A DNA stretch of 64,000 bases, from NCBI GenBank assembly GCA_964016885.1, contig OZ024742.1, forward strand, positions 15,562,001 through 15,626,000, given 5' to 3'. Each line of letters starts with the position of its first letter. The first letter of the stretch is position 1. The stretch is from Eledone cirrhosa (Eukaryota). Both the position numbers and the translations under genes were made by a program. Below the pieces are notes generated by a model that worked only from the letters and a program-made list of their open reading frames with translations, made no database searches and was not told where the DNA came from. Positions 13,030-26,900 of the stretch are shown in pieces.

Positions 13030-15460
13030 CAGAGTAAAGTGTGATTATTAAAGAAACTCAGAGTTAAGTGTGATCATTAAAGAAACTCAGGGTAAAGTGT
13101 GATTATTAAAGTACCACAGAGTACAGTGTAATTATTAAAGAACCTCAGTGTCATGTGTGATTATTAAAGAACCTCAGAGTAAAGTGTGATTATTAAAGAA
13201 CCACAGAGTAAAGTGTGATTATTAAAGAACCTCAGAGTAAAGTGTGATCATTAAAGAACCTCAGAGTAAAGTGTGATTATTAAAGAACCTCAGAGTAAAG
13301 TGTGATTATTAAAGAACCACAGAGAAATGTGTGATTATTAAAGAACCACAGAGTAAAGTGCGTTTATTAAAGAACCACAGAGTAAAGTGTGATTATTAAA
13401 GAACCTCAGAGTAAAGTGTGATTATTAAAGAATCACAGAGAAATGTGTGATTATCAAAGAACCTCAGAGTAAAGTGTGATTATTAAAGAACCTCAGAGTA
13501 AAGTGTGATAATTAAAGAACCACAGAGAAATGTGTGATTATTAAAGAACTACAGAGTAAAGTGTGATTAATAAAGAACCACAGAGAAATGTGTGATTATT
13601 AACGAACCACAGAGTAAAGTGTGATTATTAAAGAACCACAGAGAAATGTGTGATTATTAAAGAACCTCAGAGTAAAGTGTGATTATTAAAGAACCTCAGA
13701 GTAAAGTGTGATTATTAAAGAACCTCAGAATAAAGTGTGATTATTAAAGAACCACAGAGTAAAGTGTGATTATTAATGAACCTCAGAGTAAAGTGTGATT
13801 ATTAAAGAACCATACAGAAATGTGAGATTATTAAAGAACCACAGAGTAAAGTGTGATTATTAAAGAACCTCAGAGTAAAGTGTGATTATTAAAGAACCTC
13901 AGAGGAAAAGTGTGATTATTAAAGAACCTCAGAGTAAAGTGTGATTATTAAAGAACCCCAGAGTAAAGTGTGATTATTAAGGAACTTCAGAGTAAAGTGA
14001 GATTATTAAAGAACCTCAGAATAAAGTGTGATTATTAAAGAACCACAGAGTAAAGTGTTATTATTAAAGCACCACAGAGTAAAGTGTGATTATTAAAGAA
14101 CCTCAGAGTAAAGCGTGATTATTAAAGAACCACAGAGTAAAGTGAGATTATTAAAGAACCACAGAGTAAAGTGTGATTATTAAAGAACCACAGAGTAAAG
14201 TGTGATTATTAAAGTACCACAGAGTACAGTGTAATTATTAAAGAACGTCAGTGTCATGTGTGATTATTAAAGAACCTCAGAGTAAAGTGTGATTATTAAA
14301 GAACCGCAGAGTAAAGTGTTATTATTAAAGAACCACAGAGAAATGTGAGATTATTAAAGACCCACAGAGTAAAGGGTGATTATTAAATAACCTCAGAGCA
14401 AAGTGTAATTATTAAAGAACCTCAGAGTAAAGTGTGATTATTAAAGAACCTCAGAGTAAAGTGTGATTATTTAAGAACCACAGAGTAAAGTGTGATTATT
14501 AAAGAAACTCAGAGTTAAGTGTGATTATTAAAGAAACTCAGGGTAAAGTGTGATTATTAAAGTACCACAGAGTACAGTGTAATTATTAAAGAACCTCAGT
14601 GTCATGTGTGATTATTAAAGAACCTCAGAGTAAAGTGTGATTATTAAAGAACCACAGAGTAAAGTGTGATTATTAAAGAACCTCAGAGTAAAGTGTGATC
14701 ATTAAAGAACCTCAGAGTAAAGTGTGATTATTAAAGAACCTCAGAGTAAAGTGTGATTATTAAAGAACCACAGAGAAATGTGTGATTATTAAAGAACCAC
14801 AGAGTAAAGTGCGTTTATTAAAGAACCACAGAGTAAAGTGTGATTATTAAAGAACCTCAGAGTAAAGTGTGATTATTAAAGAACCACAGAGAAATGTGTG
14901 ATTATCAAAGAACCTCAGAGTAAAGTGTGATTATTAAAGAACCTCAGAGTAAAGTGTGATAATTAAAGAACCACAAAGAAATGTGTGATTATTAAAGAAC
15001 TACAGAGTAAAGTGTGATTAATAAAGAACCACAGAGAAATGTGTGATTATTAACGAACCACAGAGTAAAGTGTGATTATTAAAGAACCACAGAGAAATGT
15101 GTGATTATTAAAGAACCTCAGAGTAAAGTGTGATTATTAAAGAACCTCAGAGTAAAGTGTGATTTTTAAAGAACCTCAGAATAAAGTGTGATTATTAAAG
15201 AACCACAGAGTAAAGTGTGATTATTAATGAACCTCAGAGTAAAGTGTGATTATTAAAGAACCATACAGAAATGTGAGATTATTAAAGAACCACAGAGTAA
15301 AGTGTGATTATTAAAGAACCTCAGAGTAAAGTGTGATTATTAAAGAACCTCAGAGGAAAAGTGTGATTATTAAAGAACCTCAGAGTAAAGTGTGATTATT
15401 AAAGAACCCCAGAGTAAAGTGTGATTATTAAGGAACCTCAGAGTAAAGTGAGATTATTAA
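13030..15460 (+). repeat. Duplication with 1,451-bp (50-monomer) offset
   Basis: The rare variant TTATCAAAG has its ATC at 13453 and 14904, and GCGTTTATT occurs at 13360 and 14811; both offsets are 1,451. Confidence 0.85.
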
Positions 15461-16370
15461 AGAACCACAGAGTAAAGTGTGATTATTAAAGAACCTCAGA
15501 ATAAAGTGTGATTATTAAAGAACCACAGAGTAAAGTGTGATTATTAAAGAACCACAGAGAAATGTGTGATTATTAAAGAACCACAGAGTAAAGTGTGATT
15601 ATTAAAGAACCTCAGAGTAAAGTGTGATTATTAAAGAACCACAGAGTAAAGTGTGATTATTAAAGAACCACAGAGTAAAGTGTGATTATTAAAGAACAAC
15701 AGAGTAAAGAGTGATTATTAAAGTACCACAGAGTACAGTGTAATTATTAAAGAACCTCAGTGTCATGTGTGATTATTAAAGAATCTCAGAGTAAAGTGTG
15801 ATTATTAAAGAACCACAGAGTAAAGTGTTATTATTAAAGAACCACAGAGTAAAGTGTGATTATTAAAGAACCTCAGAGGAAAAGTGTGATTATTAAAGAA
15901 CCTCAGAGTAAAGTGTGATTATTAAAGAACCCCAGAGTAAAGTGTGATTATTAAGGAACCTCAGAGTAAAGTGTGATTATTAAAGAACCACAGAGTAAAG
16001 TGTGATTATTAAAGAACCTCAGAATAAAGTGTGATTATTAAAGAACCACAGAGTAAAGTGTGATTATTAAAGAACCACAGAGAAATGTGTGATTATTAAA
16101 GAACCACAGAGTAAAGTGTGATTATTAAAGAACCTCAGAGTAAAGTGTGATTATTAAAGAACCACAGAGTAAAGTGTGATTATTAAAGAACCACAGAGTA
16201 AAGTGTGATTATTAAAGAACAACAGAGTAAAGTGTGATTATTAAAGTACCACAGAGTACAGTGTAATTATTAAAGAACCTCAGTGTCATGTGTGATTATT
16301 AAAGAATCTCAGAGTAAAGTGTGATTATTAAAGAACCACAGAGTAAAGTGTTATTATTAAAGAACCACAG
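15290..16370 (+). repeat. Tandem duplication of an 18-monomer (523 bp) block
   Basis: GAGGAAAAG occurs at 15353 and 15876, and GAACAAC at 15694 and 16217; both offsets are 523 = 18x29+1. Confidence 0.85.
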
Positions 16371-19300
16371 AGTTAAGTGTGATTATTAAAGAACCTCAGA
16401 GTAAAGCGTGATTATTAAAGAACCACAGAGTAAAGTGAGATTATTAAAGAACCACAGAGTAAAGTGTGATTATTAAAGAACCACAGAGTAAAGTGTGATT
16501 ATTAAAGTACCACAGAGTACAGTGTAATTATTAAAGAACGTCATTGTCATGTGTGATTATTAAAGAACCTCAGAGTAAAGTGTGATTATTAAAGAACCAC
16601 AGAGTAAAGTGTTATTATTAAAGAACCACAGAGAAATGTGAGATTATTAAAGACCTACAGAGTAAAGGGTGATTATTAAAGAACCTCAGAGCAAAGTGTA
16701 ATTATTAAAGAACCTCAGAGTAAAGTGTGATTATTAAAGAACCTCAGAGTAAAGTGTGATTATTAAAGAACCACAGAGAAATGTGTGATTATTAAAGAAC
16801 CACAGAGTAAAGTGTGATTATTAAAGAACCTCAGAGTTAAGTGTGATTATTAAAGAAACTGAGGGTAAAGTGTGATTATTAAAGTACCACAGAGTACAGT
16901 GTAATTATTAAAGAACCTCAGTGTCATGTGTGATTATTAAAGAACCTCAGAGTAAAGTGTGATTATTAAAGAACCAGTGTCATGTGCGATTATTAAAGAA
17001 CCACAGAGTAAAGTGTGATTATTAAAGAACCTCAGAGTAAAGTGTGATTATTAAAGAACCTCAGAGTAAAGTGTGATTATTAAAGAACCACAGAGTAATG
17101 TGAGATTATTAAAGAACCACAGAGTAAAGTGTGATTATTAAAGAACCTCAGAGCAAAGTGTGATTATTAAAGAACCACTGAGAAATGTGTGATTATTAAA
17201 GAACCACAGAGTAAAGTGTGATTATTAAAGAACCTCAGAGTTAAGTGTGATTATTAAAGAAACTGAGGGTAAAGTGTGATTATTAAAGTACCACAGAGTA
17301 CAGTGTAATTATTAAAGAACCTCAGTGTCATGTGTGATTATTAAAGAACCTCAGAGTAAAGTGTGATTATTAAAGAACCACAGAGTAAAGTGTTATTATT
17401 AAAGAACCTCAGAGCAAAGTGTGATTATTAAAGAACATCAGAGTAAAGTGTGATTATTAAAGAACCTCAGGGTAAAGTGTGATTATTAAAGAACCACAGA
17501 GTAAAGTGTGATTATTAAAGAACCTCAGAGTAAAGTGTGATTATTAAAGAACCTCAGAGTAAAGAGTGATTATTAAAGAACCACTGAGAAATGTGTGATT
17601 ATTAAAGAACCACAGAGTAAAGTGTGATTATTAAAGAACCACAGAGTAAAGTGTGATTATTAAAGAACCTCAGAGTAAAGTGTGATTATTAAAGAACCAC
17701 AGAGTAAAGAGTGATTATTAAAGAACCTCAGAGTAAAGTGTGATTATTAAAGAACCTCAGAGTAAAGGGTGATTATTAAAGAACCACAGAGTAATGTGTG
17801 ATTATTAAAGAACCTCAGAGTAAAGTGTGATTATTAAAGAACCATACAGAAATGTGAGATTATTAAAGAACCACAGAGTAAAGTGTGATTATTAAAGAAC
17901 CTCAGAGTAAAGTGTGATTATTAAAGAACCTCAGAGGAAAAGTGTGATTATTAAAGAACCTCAGAGTAAAGTGTGATTATTAAAGAACCCCAGAGTAAAG
18001 TGTGATTATTAAGGAACCTCAGAGTAAAGCGTGATTATTAAAGAACCACAGAGTAAAGTGTGATTATTAAAGAACCTCAGAGTAAAGTGTGATTATTAAA
18101 GAACCTCAGAGTAAAGTGTGATTATTAAAGAACCACAGAGAAATGTGTGATTATTAAAGAACCACAGAGTAAAGTGTGATTATTAATGAACCTCAGAGTA
18201 AAGTGTTGATTATTAAAGAACCTCAGAGTAAAGTGTGATTATTAAAGAACCTCAGAGTAAAGTGTGATTATTAAAGAACCACAGAGTAAAGTGTGATTAT
18301 TAAAGAACCTCAGAGTAAAGTGTGATTATTAAAGAACCACAGAGAAATGTGTGATTATTAAAGAACCACAGAGTAAAGTGTGATAATTAAAGAACCACAG
18401 AGAAATGTGTGATTATTAAAGAACCACAGAGTAAAGTGTGATTAATAAAGAACCTCAGATTAAAGTGTGATTATTAAAGAACCTCAGAGTAAAGTGTGAT
18501 TATTAAAGAACCTCAGAGTAAAGTGTTGATTATTAAAGAACCTCAGCGTAAAGTGTGATTATTAAAGAACCACAGAGTAAAGTGTGATTATTAAAGAACC
18601 TCAGAGTAAAGTGTTGATTATTAAAGAACTTCAGAGTAAAGTGTGATTATTAAAGAACCACAGAGTAAAGTGTGATTATTAAAGAACCTCAGAGTAAAGT
18701 GTGATTATTAAAGAACCACAGAGAAATGTGTGATTATTAAAGAACCACAGAGTAAAGTGTGATTATTAAAGAACCTCAGAGTAAAGTGTGATTATTAAAG
18801 AACCTCAGAGTAAAGTGTGATTATTAAAGAACCAGTGTCATGTGCGATTATTAAAGAACCACAGAGTAAAGTGTGATTATTAAAGAACCTCAGAGTAAAG
18901 TGTGATTATTAAAGAACCTCAGAGTAAAGTGTGATTATTAAAGAACCTCAGAGTTAAGTGTGATTATTAAAGAAACTCAGGGTAAAGTGTGATTATTAAA
19001 GTACCACAGAGTACAGTGTAATTATTAAAGAACCTCAGTGTCATGTGTGATTATTAAAGAACCTCAGAGTAAAGTGTGATTATTAAAGAACCACAGAGTA
19101 AAGTGTCATTATTAAAGAACCACAGAGAAATGTGAGATTATTAAAGAACCACAGAGTAAAGTGTGATTATTAAAGAACCTCAGAGCAAAGTGTGATTATT
19201 AAAGAACCTCAGAGTAAAGTGTGATTATTAAAGAACCATACAGAAATGTGAGATTATTAAAGAACCACAGAGTAAAGTGTGATTATTAAAGAACCTCAGA

Positions 19301-20979
19301 GTAAAGTGTGATTATTAAAGAACCTCAGAGTAAAGTGTGATTATTAAAGAACCCCAGAGTAAAGTGTGATTATTAAGGAACCTCAGAGTAAAGCATGATT
19401 ATTAAAGAACCACAGAGTAAAGTGTGATTATTAAAGAACCTCAGAGTAAAGTGTGATTATTAAAGAACCTCAGAGTAAAGTGTGATTATTAAAGAACCAC
19501 AGAGAAATGTGTGATTATTAAAGAACCACAGAGTAAAGTGTGATTATTAATGAACCTCAGAGTAAAGTGTTGATTATTAAAGAACCTCAGAGTAAAGTGT
19601 TGATTATTGAAGAACCTCAGAGTAAAGTGTGATTATTAAAGAACCTCAGAGTAAAGTGTGATTATTAAAGAACCACAGAGTAAAGTGTGATTATTAAAGA
19701 ACCTCAGAGTAAAGTGTGATTATTAAAGAACCACAGAGAAATGTGTGATTATTAAAGAACCACAGAGTAAAGTGTGATAATTAAAGAACCACAGAGAATT
19801 GTGTGATTATTAAAGAACCACAGAGTAAAGTGTGATTAATAAAGAACCTCAGATTAAAGTGTGATTATTAAAGAACCACAGAGAAATGTGTGATTAGTAA
19901 AGAACCACAGAGTAAAGTGTGATTATTAAAGAACCTCAGAGTAAAGTGTGATTATTAAAGAGCCAGTGTCATGTGTGATTATTAAAGAACCACAGAGTAA
20001 AGTGTGATTATTAAAGAACCTCAGAGTAAAGTGTGATTATTAAAGAACCCCAGAGTAATGTGTGATTATTAAAGAAACTCAGGGTAAAGTGTGATTATTA
20101 AAGTACCACAGAGTACAGTGTAATTATTAAAGAACCTCAGTGTCATGTGTGATTATTAAAGAACCTCAGAGTAAAGTGTGATTATTAAAGAACCACAGAG
20201 TAAAGTGTTATTATTAAAGAACCACAGAGAAATGTGAGATTATTAAAGAACCACAGAGTAAAGTGTGATTATTAAAGAACCTCAGAGCAAAGTGTGATTA
20301 TTAAAGAACCTCAGAGTAAAGTGTGATTATTAAAGAACCTCAGAGTAAAGTGTGATTATTAAAGAACCTCAGAGCAAAGTGTGATTATTAAAGAACCTCA
20401 GAGTAAAGTGAGATTATTAAAGAACCACAGAGTAAAGTGTGATTATTAAAGAACCTCAGAGTAAAGTGTGATTAGTAAAGAACCTCAGAGTAAAGTGTGA
20501 TTATTAAAGAACCACTGAGAAATGTGTGATTATTAAAGAACCACAGAGTAAAGTGTGATTATTAAAGAACCACAGAGTAAAGTGTGATTATTAAAGAACC
20601 TCAGAGTAAAGTGTGATCATTAAAGAACCTCAGAGTAAAGTGTGATTATTAAAGAACCTCAGAGTAAAGTGTGATTATTAAAGAACCACAGAGTAAAGTG
20701 TGATTATTAAAGAACCTCAGAGTAAAGTGTGATAATTAAAGAAACACAGAGAAATGTGTGATTATTAAAGAACCACAGAGTAAAGTGTGATTAATAAAGA
20801 ACCACAGAGAAATGTGTGATTATTAACGAACCACAGAGTAAAGTGTGATTATTAAAGAACCACAGAGAAATGTGTGATTATTAAAGAACCTAAGAGTAAA
20901 GTGTGAATATTAAAGAGCCTCAGAGTAAAGTGTGATTATTAAAGAACCTCAGAATAAAGTGTGATTATTAAAGAACCAC

Positions 20980-23900
20980 AGAGTAAAGTGTGATTATTAA
21001 TGAACCTCAGAGTAAAGTGTGATTATTAAAGAACCATACAGAAATGTGAGATTATTAAAGAACCACAGAGTAAAGTGTGATTATTAAAGAACCTCAGAGT
21101 AAAGTGTGATTATTAAAGAACCTCAGAGGAAAAGTGTGATTATTAAAGAACCTCAGAGTAAAGTGTGATTATTAAAGAACCCCAGAGTAAAGTGTGGTTA
21201 TTAAGGAACCTCAGAGTAAAGTGTGATTATTAAAGAACCACAGAGTAAAGTGTGATTATTAAAGAAGCTCAGAGTAAAGTGTGATTATTAAAGAACCACA
21301 GAGTAAAGTGTGATTATTAAAGAACCACAGAGAAATGTGTGATTATTAAAGAACCACAGAGTAAAGTGTGATTATTAAAGAACCTCAGAGTAAAGTGTGA
21401 TTATTAAAGAACCACAGAGTAAAGTGTGATTATTAAAGAACCACAGAGTAAAGTGTGATTATTAAAGAACAACAGAGTAAAGTGTGATTATTAAAGTACC
21501 ACAGAGTACAGTGTAATTATTAAAGAACCTCAGTGTCATGTGTGATTATTAAAGAATCTCAGAGTAAAGTGTGATTATTAAAGAACCACAGAGTAAAGTG
21601 TTATTATTAAAGAACCACAGAGTAAAGTGTGATTATTAAAGAACCTCAGAGTAAAGCGTGATTATTAAAGAACCACAGAGTAAAGTGTGATTATTAAAGA
21701 ACCACAGAGTAAAGTGTGATTATTAAAGAACCACAGAGTAAAGTGTGATTATTAAAGTACCACAGAGTACAGTGTAATTATTAAAGAACCTCAGTGTCAT
21801 GTGTGATTATTAAAGAACCTCAGAGTAAAGTGTGATTATTAAAGAACCAGGGAGTAAAGTGTTATTATTAAAGAACCACAGAGAAATGTGAGATTATTAA
21901 AGACCCACAGAGTAAAGGGTGATTATTAAAGAACCTCAGAGCAAAGTGTAATTATTAAAGAACCTCAGAGTAAAGTGTGATTATTAAAGAACCTCAGAGT
22001 AAAGTGTGATTATTAAAGAACCACAGAGTAAAGTGTGATTATTAAAGAACCTCAGAGTAAAGTGTTGATCATTAAAGAACCTCAGAGTAAAGTGTGATTA
22101 TTAAAGAACCTCAGAGTAAAGTGTGATTATTAAAGAACCACAGAGAAATGTGTGATTGCTAAAGAACCACAGAGTAAAGTGTGATTATTAAAGAACCTCA
22201 GAGTAAAGTGTGATTATTAAAGAACCTCAGAGTAAAGTGTGATTATTAAAGAACCAGTGTCATGTGCGATTATTAAAGAACCACAGAGTAAAGTGTGATT
22301 ATTAAAGAATCTCAGAGTAAAGTGTGATTATTAAAGAACCTCAGAGTAAAGTGTGATTATTAAAGAACCACAGAGTAATGTGAGATTATTAAAGAACCAC
22401 AGAGTAAAGTGTGATTATTAAAGAACCTCAGAGCAAAGTGTGATTATTAAAGAACCACTGAGAAATGTGTGATTATTAAAGAACCACAGAGTAAAGTGTG
22501 ATTATTAAAGAAACTCAGAGTTAAGTGTGATTATTAAAGAAACTCAGGGTAAAGTGTGATTATTAAAGTACCACAGAGTACAGTGTAATTATTAAAGAAC
22601 CTCAGTGTCATGTGTGATTATTAAAGAACCTCAGAGTAAAGTGTGATTATTAAAGAACCACAGAGTAAAGTGTGATTATTAAAGAACCTCAGAGTAAAGT
22701 GTGATCATTAAAGAACCTCAGAGTAAAGTGTGATTATTAAAGAACCACAGAGAAATGTGTGATTATTAAAGAACCACAGAGTAAAGTGTGATTAATAAAG
22801 AACCTCAGATTAAAGTGTGATTATTAAAGAACCTCAGAGTAAAGTGTGATTATTAAAGAACCTCAGAGTAAAGTGTTGATTATTAAAGAAACTCAGAGTA
22901 AAGTGTGATTATTAAAGAGCCACAGAGTAAAGTGTGATTATTAAAGAACCTCAGAGTAAAGTGTTGATTATTAAAGAACCTCAGAGTAAAGTGTGATTAT
23001 TAAAGAACCTCAGAGTAAAGTGTGATTATTAAAGAACCACAGAGTAAAGTGTGATTATTAAAGAACCTCAGAGTAAAGTGTGATTATTAAAGAACCACAG
23101 AGAAATGTGTGATTAGTAAAGAACCACAGAGTAAAGTGTGATTATTAAAGAACCTCAGAGTAAAGTGTGATTATTAAAGAGCCAGTGTCATGTGTGATTA
23201 TTAAAGAACCACAGAGTAAAGTGTGATTATTAAAGAACCTCAGAGTAAAGTGTGATTATTAAAGAACCCCAGAGTAATGTGTGATTATTAAAGAAACTCA
23301 GGGTAAAATGTGATTATTAAAGTACCACAGAGTACAGTGTAATTATTAAAGAACCTCAGTGTCATGTGTGATTATTAATGAACCTCAGAGTAAAGTGTGA
23401 TTATTAAAGAACCATACAGAAATGTGAGATTATTAAAGAACCACAGAGTAAAGTGTGATTATTAAAGAACCTCAGAGTAAAGTGTGATTATTAAAGAACC
23501 TCAGAGGAAAAGTGTGATTATTAAAGAACCTCAGAGTAAAGTGTGATTATTAAAGAACCCCAGAGTAAAGTGTGGTTATTAAGGAACATCAGAGTAAAGT
23601 GTGATTATTAAAGAACCACAGAGTAAAGTGTGATTATTAAAGAACCTCAGAGTAAAGTGTGATTATTAAAGAACCACAGAGTAAAGTGTGATTCTTAAAG
23701 AACCACAGAGAAATGTGTGATTATTAAAGAACCACAGAGTAAAGTGTGATTATTAAAGAACCTCAGAGTAAAGTGTGATTATTAAAGAACCACAGAGTAA
23801 AGTGTGATTATTAAAGAACCACAGAGTAAAGTGTGATTATTAAAGAACAACAGAGTAAAGTGTGATTATTAAAGTACCACAGAGTACAGTGTAATTATTA

Positions 23901-26900
23901 AAGAACCTCAGTGTCATGTGTGATTATTAAAGAATCTCAGAGTAAAGTGTGATTATTAAAGAACCACAGAGTAAAGTGTTATTATTAAAGAACCACAGAG
24001 TAAAGTGTGATTATTAAAGAACCTCAGATTAAAGCGTGATTATTAAAGAACCACAGAGTAAAGTGTGATTATTAAAGAACCACAGAGTAAAGTGTGATTA
24101 TTAAAGAACCACAGAGTAAAGTGTGATTATTAAAGTACCACAGAGTACAGTGTAATTATTAAAGAACCTCAGTGTCATGTGTGATTATTAAAGAACCTCA
24201 GAGTAAAGTGTGATTATTAAAGAACCAGGGAGAAAAGTGTTATTATTAAAGAACCACAGAGAAATGTGAGATTATTAAAGACCCACAGAGTAAAGGGTGA
24301 TTATTAAAGAACCTCAGAGCAAAGTGTAATTATTAAAGAACCTCAGAGTAAAGTGAGATTATTAAAGACCCACAGAGTAAAGGGTGATTATTAAAGAACC
24401 TCAGAGCAAAGTGTAATTATTAAAGAACCTCAGAGTAAAGTGTGATTATTAAAGAACCTCAGAGTAAAGTGTGATTATTAAAGAACCACAGAGTAAAGTG
24501 TGATTATTAAAGAACCTCAGAGTAAAGTGTTGATCATTAAAGAACCTCAGAGTAAAGTGTGATTATTAAAGAACCTCAGAGTAAAGTGTGATTATTAAAG
24601 AACCACAGAGAAATGTGTGATTGCTAAAGAACCACAGAGTAAAGTGTGATTATTAAAGAACCTCAGAGTAAAGTGTGATTATTAAAGAACCTCAGAGTAA
24701 AGTGTGATTATTAAAGAACCAGTGTCATGTGCGATTATTAAAGAACCACAGAGTAAAGTGTGATTATTAAAGAATCTCAGAGTAAAGTGTGATTATTAAA
24801 GAACCTCAGAGTAAAGTGTGATTATTAAAGAACCACAGAGTAATGTGAGATTATTAAAGAACCACAGAGTAAAGTGTGATTATTAAAGAACCTCAGAGCA
24901 AAGTGTGATTATTAAAGAACCACTGAGAAATGTGTGATTATTAAAGAACCACAGAGTAAAGTGTGATTATTAAAGAAACTCAGAGTTAAGTGTGATTATT
25001 AAAGAAACTCAGGGTAAAGTGTGATTATTAAAGTACCACAGAGTACAGTGTAATTATTAAAGAACCTCAGTGTCATGTGTGATTATTAAAGAACCTCAGA
25101 GTAAAGTGTGATTATTAAAGAACCACAGAGTAAAGTGTGATTATTAAAGAACGTCAGAGTAAAGTGTGATCATTAAAGAACCTCAGAGTAAAGTGTGATT
25201 ATTAAAGAACCACAGAGAAATGTGTGATTATTAAAGAACCTCAGATTAAAGTGTGATTATTAAAGAACCTCAGAGTAAAGTGTGATTATTAAAGAACCTC
25301 AGAGTAAAGTGTTGATTATTAAAGAAACTCAGAGTAAAGTGTGATTATTAAAGAACCACAGAGTAAAGTGTGATTATTAAAGAACCTCAGAGTAAAGTGT
25401 TGATTATTAAAGAACCTCAGAGTAAAGTGTGATTATTAAAGAACCTCAGAGTAAAGTGTGATTATTAAAGAACCACAGAGTAAAGTGTGATTATTAAAGA
25501 ACTTCAGAGTAAAGTGTGATTATTAAAGAACCACAGAGAAATGTGTGATTAGTAAAGAACCACAGAGTAAAGTGTGATTATTAAAGAACCTCAGAGTAAA
25601 GTGTGATTATTAAAGAGCCAGTGTCATGTGTGATTATTAAAGAACCACAGAGTAAAGTGTGATTATTAAAGAACCTCAGAGTAAAGTGTGATTATTAAAG
25701 AACCCCAGAGTAATGTGTGATTATTAAAGAAACTCAGGGTAAAATGTGATTATTAAAGTACCACAGAGTACAGTGTAATTATTAAAGAACCTCAGTGTCA
25801 TGTGTGATTATTAATGAACCTCAGAGTAAAGTGTGATTATTAAAGAACCATACAGAAATGTGAGATTATTAAAGAACCACAGAGTAAAGTGTGATTATTA
25901 AAGAACCTCAGAGTAAAGTGTGATTATTAAAGAACCTCAGAGGAAAAGTGTGATTATTAAAGAACCTCAGAGTAAAGTGTGATTATTAAAGAACCCCAGA
26001 GTAAAGTGTGGTTATTAAGGAACCTCAGAGTAAAGTGTGATTATTAAAGAACCACAGAGTAAAGTGTGATTATTAAAGAACCTCAGAGTAAAGTGTGATT
26101 ATTAAAGAACCACAGAGTAAAGTGTGATTCTTAAAGAACCACAGAGAAATGTGTGATTATTAAAGAACCACAGAGTAAAGTGTGATTATTAAAGAACCTC
26201 AGAGTAAAGTGTGATTATTTAAGAACCACAGAGTAAAGTGTGATTATTAAAGAACCACAGAGTAAAGTGTGATTATTAAAGAACAACAGAGTAAAGTGTG
26301 ATTATTAAAGTACCACAGAGTACAGTGTAATTATTAAAGAACCTCAGTGTCATGTGTGATTATTAAAGAATCTCAGAGTAAAGTGTGATTATTAAAGAAC
26401 CACAGAGTAAAGTGTTATTATTAAAGAACCACAGAGTAAAGTGTGATTATTAAAGAACCTCAGAGTAAAGCGTGATTATTAAAGAACCACAGAGTAAAGT
26501 GTGATTATTAAAGAACCACAGAGTAAAGTGTGATTATTAAAGAACCACAGAGTAAAGTGTGATTATTAAAGTACCACAGAGTACAGTGTAATTATTAAAG
26601 AACCTCAGTGTCATGTGTGATTATTAAAGAACCTCAGAGTAAAGTGTGATTATTAAAGAACCAGGGAGTAAAGTGTTATTATTAAAGAACCACAGAGAAA
26701 TGTGAGATTATTAAAGACCCACAGAGTAAAGGGTGATTATTAAAGAACCTCAGAGCAAAGTGTAATTATTAAAGAACCTCAGAGTAAAGTGTGATTATTA
26801 AAGAACCTCAGAGTAAAGTGTGATTATTAAAGAACCACAGAGTAAAGTGTGATTATTAAAGAACCTCAGAGTAAAGTGTTGATCATTAAAGAACCTCAGA

